From Spironucleus salmonicida (lineage: Eukaryota), in the NCBI RefSeq assembly GCF_000497125.1, contig NC_090601.1, positions 1,178,001 through 1,242,000 on the forward strand: a stretch of 64,000 nucleotides of DNA. The letters are read 5' to 3'. The translations under genes were made by a program, and so were the position numbers. The notes beneath the pieces are model-generated. The model ran no database searches, was not told the DNA's origin, and saw only the letters and a list, made by a program, of their open reading frames with translations. Positions 62,968 to 64,000 of the stretch are shown here, piece by piece. Numbering within the stretch: the stretch's first letter is position 1; the number at the start of each line of letters is the position of its first letter.

Positions 62968-64000
62968 TCACTCTACATCAGCCTTTTTATCGCTGACTTC
63001 TGCGTCATCATCCATTAAAAGAGCTTTCTCTTCATCAGATTTCTAAGTTTTCTTTTAGCTGCAAACAACACCAAACCAGACTATGAAACCAAGGATAAGA
63101 GTCGCAGATGGGATTCCAATAGCCATACCAATGTATAAATCATTTCCACTCCAAACACATTATCTCCCAATTAATTTAAAACCATTAGAACATTTTGTGC
63201 ATGTTTTGTCGAAATTATCAGGACATATATCGCAATAAATACCTGCAAAGAAATCTTCGCATATACAGCTTCCACTTTAGCAGGATCCATGATTACATGC
63301 CATATCGTTCTCTAAGCATCCATAACTAAGCGTTTCTGCCCAAATATTAGGGAAAATATTGTAATAACCTTCCGGTTATTTTTTAGCCTACGTAGAAAAA
63401 TCAAAAGGAGGAATTTCCGACTTTCCACCTTATATCGCACCAACAACAAAGTCAAATACTAAAGCATGTGCTTACAGTAAGTTAACAGTCTTAGAATCCG
63501 TGGCACCCATCAAAGAACTTTCACGATGAGTTACCTCAAAATCACGTAAATCATAGCGAGAAGAGATAGATTATCCAGGATCTTAATTAGAACATGAATC
63601 ATGCTTATAATCATTATAGCGCATAAAACTCTTAAATTCTTCGTAGTTATATACTTTATGTAATTATTTAAATGCAATACAATATCTTGAAGAACGGTTG
63701 TAGCTCCAATAGTCTTCATTTTTAGCATTATAGCCTGCTAATTCAAGAAGGTCCTCATTTGTAGGAACATTAATTGATATATAAAATTTTTATTCTAATA
63801 GAGTGTCAGTGGCATCCCAGAACATTGGACTCGTAGGAACTACTTCTAATGTATAAAGGAGAGATAAATCATGTGATTTAACATAATTAAACCGGTCGCG
63901 CTAATTAGTAGCAGAATCTTTCATTTCCTAAATTGCTAAATAGTCTAAGAACAAATAGTTATTATTATAAGTATATGATGGCTCCGTATTAAATGATTAG
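62968..64000 (-). CDS. Phospholipase B-like (PLBD, Ntn-hydrolase) protein with C-terminal EGF-like module and TM helix; 5' part outside window
   Basis: SYTYNNNYLFLDY, SINVP, FMRYNDY, SISSRYDL, GATDSK, IPPFDFS; then CNHGSCQSGSCICEDFFAGIYC and a TM helix. Confidence 0.88.

Noticed and set aside
1-64000. tRNA, rRNA and selenoprotein (TGA=Sec with SECIS) genes
   Set aside because: None recognised by eye; tRNAscan-SE, Infernal and SECISearch would be needed to exclude them

Overview
Eukaryotic, AT-rich, gene-dense DNA with no recognisable introns. It uses the alternative nuclear code in which TAA/TAG = Gln and TGA is the only stop (translation table 6), so the supplied standard-code ORF track fragments almost every real gene. 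The code, stop contexts of the form A[AG]TGA, C-rich boxes just upstream of ATGs and cysteine-rich membrane proteins point to a hexamitid diplomonad (Spironucleus-like); this is an inference. Re-read in table 6, the window holds about 40 genes. They include a pseudokinase+kinase tandem, a 2568-aa STPG/SHIPPO-repeat protein built on 13 near-identical 546-bp GC-rich units, cysteine-rich membrane proteins and relics of them, CysRS, a CCDC81-type double-HU protein, BBS9, a 1624-aa coiled-coil protein, a TRM2-type methyltransferase, MORN, SCY1-like, NOT2/3/5-box and LRR proteins, a cyclin and a membrane-anchored phospholipase B-like protein. Most notable: (1) one in-frame ORF fusing an RNA-cap guanine-N2 methyltransferase (Tgs) to a DUF4392/D-glutamate-cyclase-like domain. 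(2) A 2170-bp inverted duplication of a four-gene GC-rich cassette (including SPT subunit LCB1) around an 8.9-kb spacer; each copy carries the orphan last codons of the gene native to the other copy, which shows the spacer has been inverted. (3) Sharp GC islands tied to homogenised repeats and to convergent gene ends. Coordinates and translations were worked out by hand. For long ORFs I checked start/stop frame agreement and sampled internal stretches, not every codon. No database searches were run.
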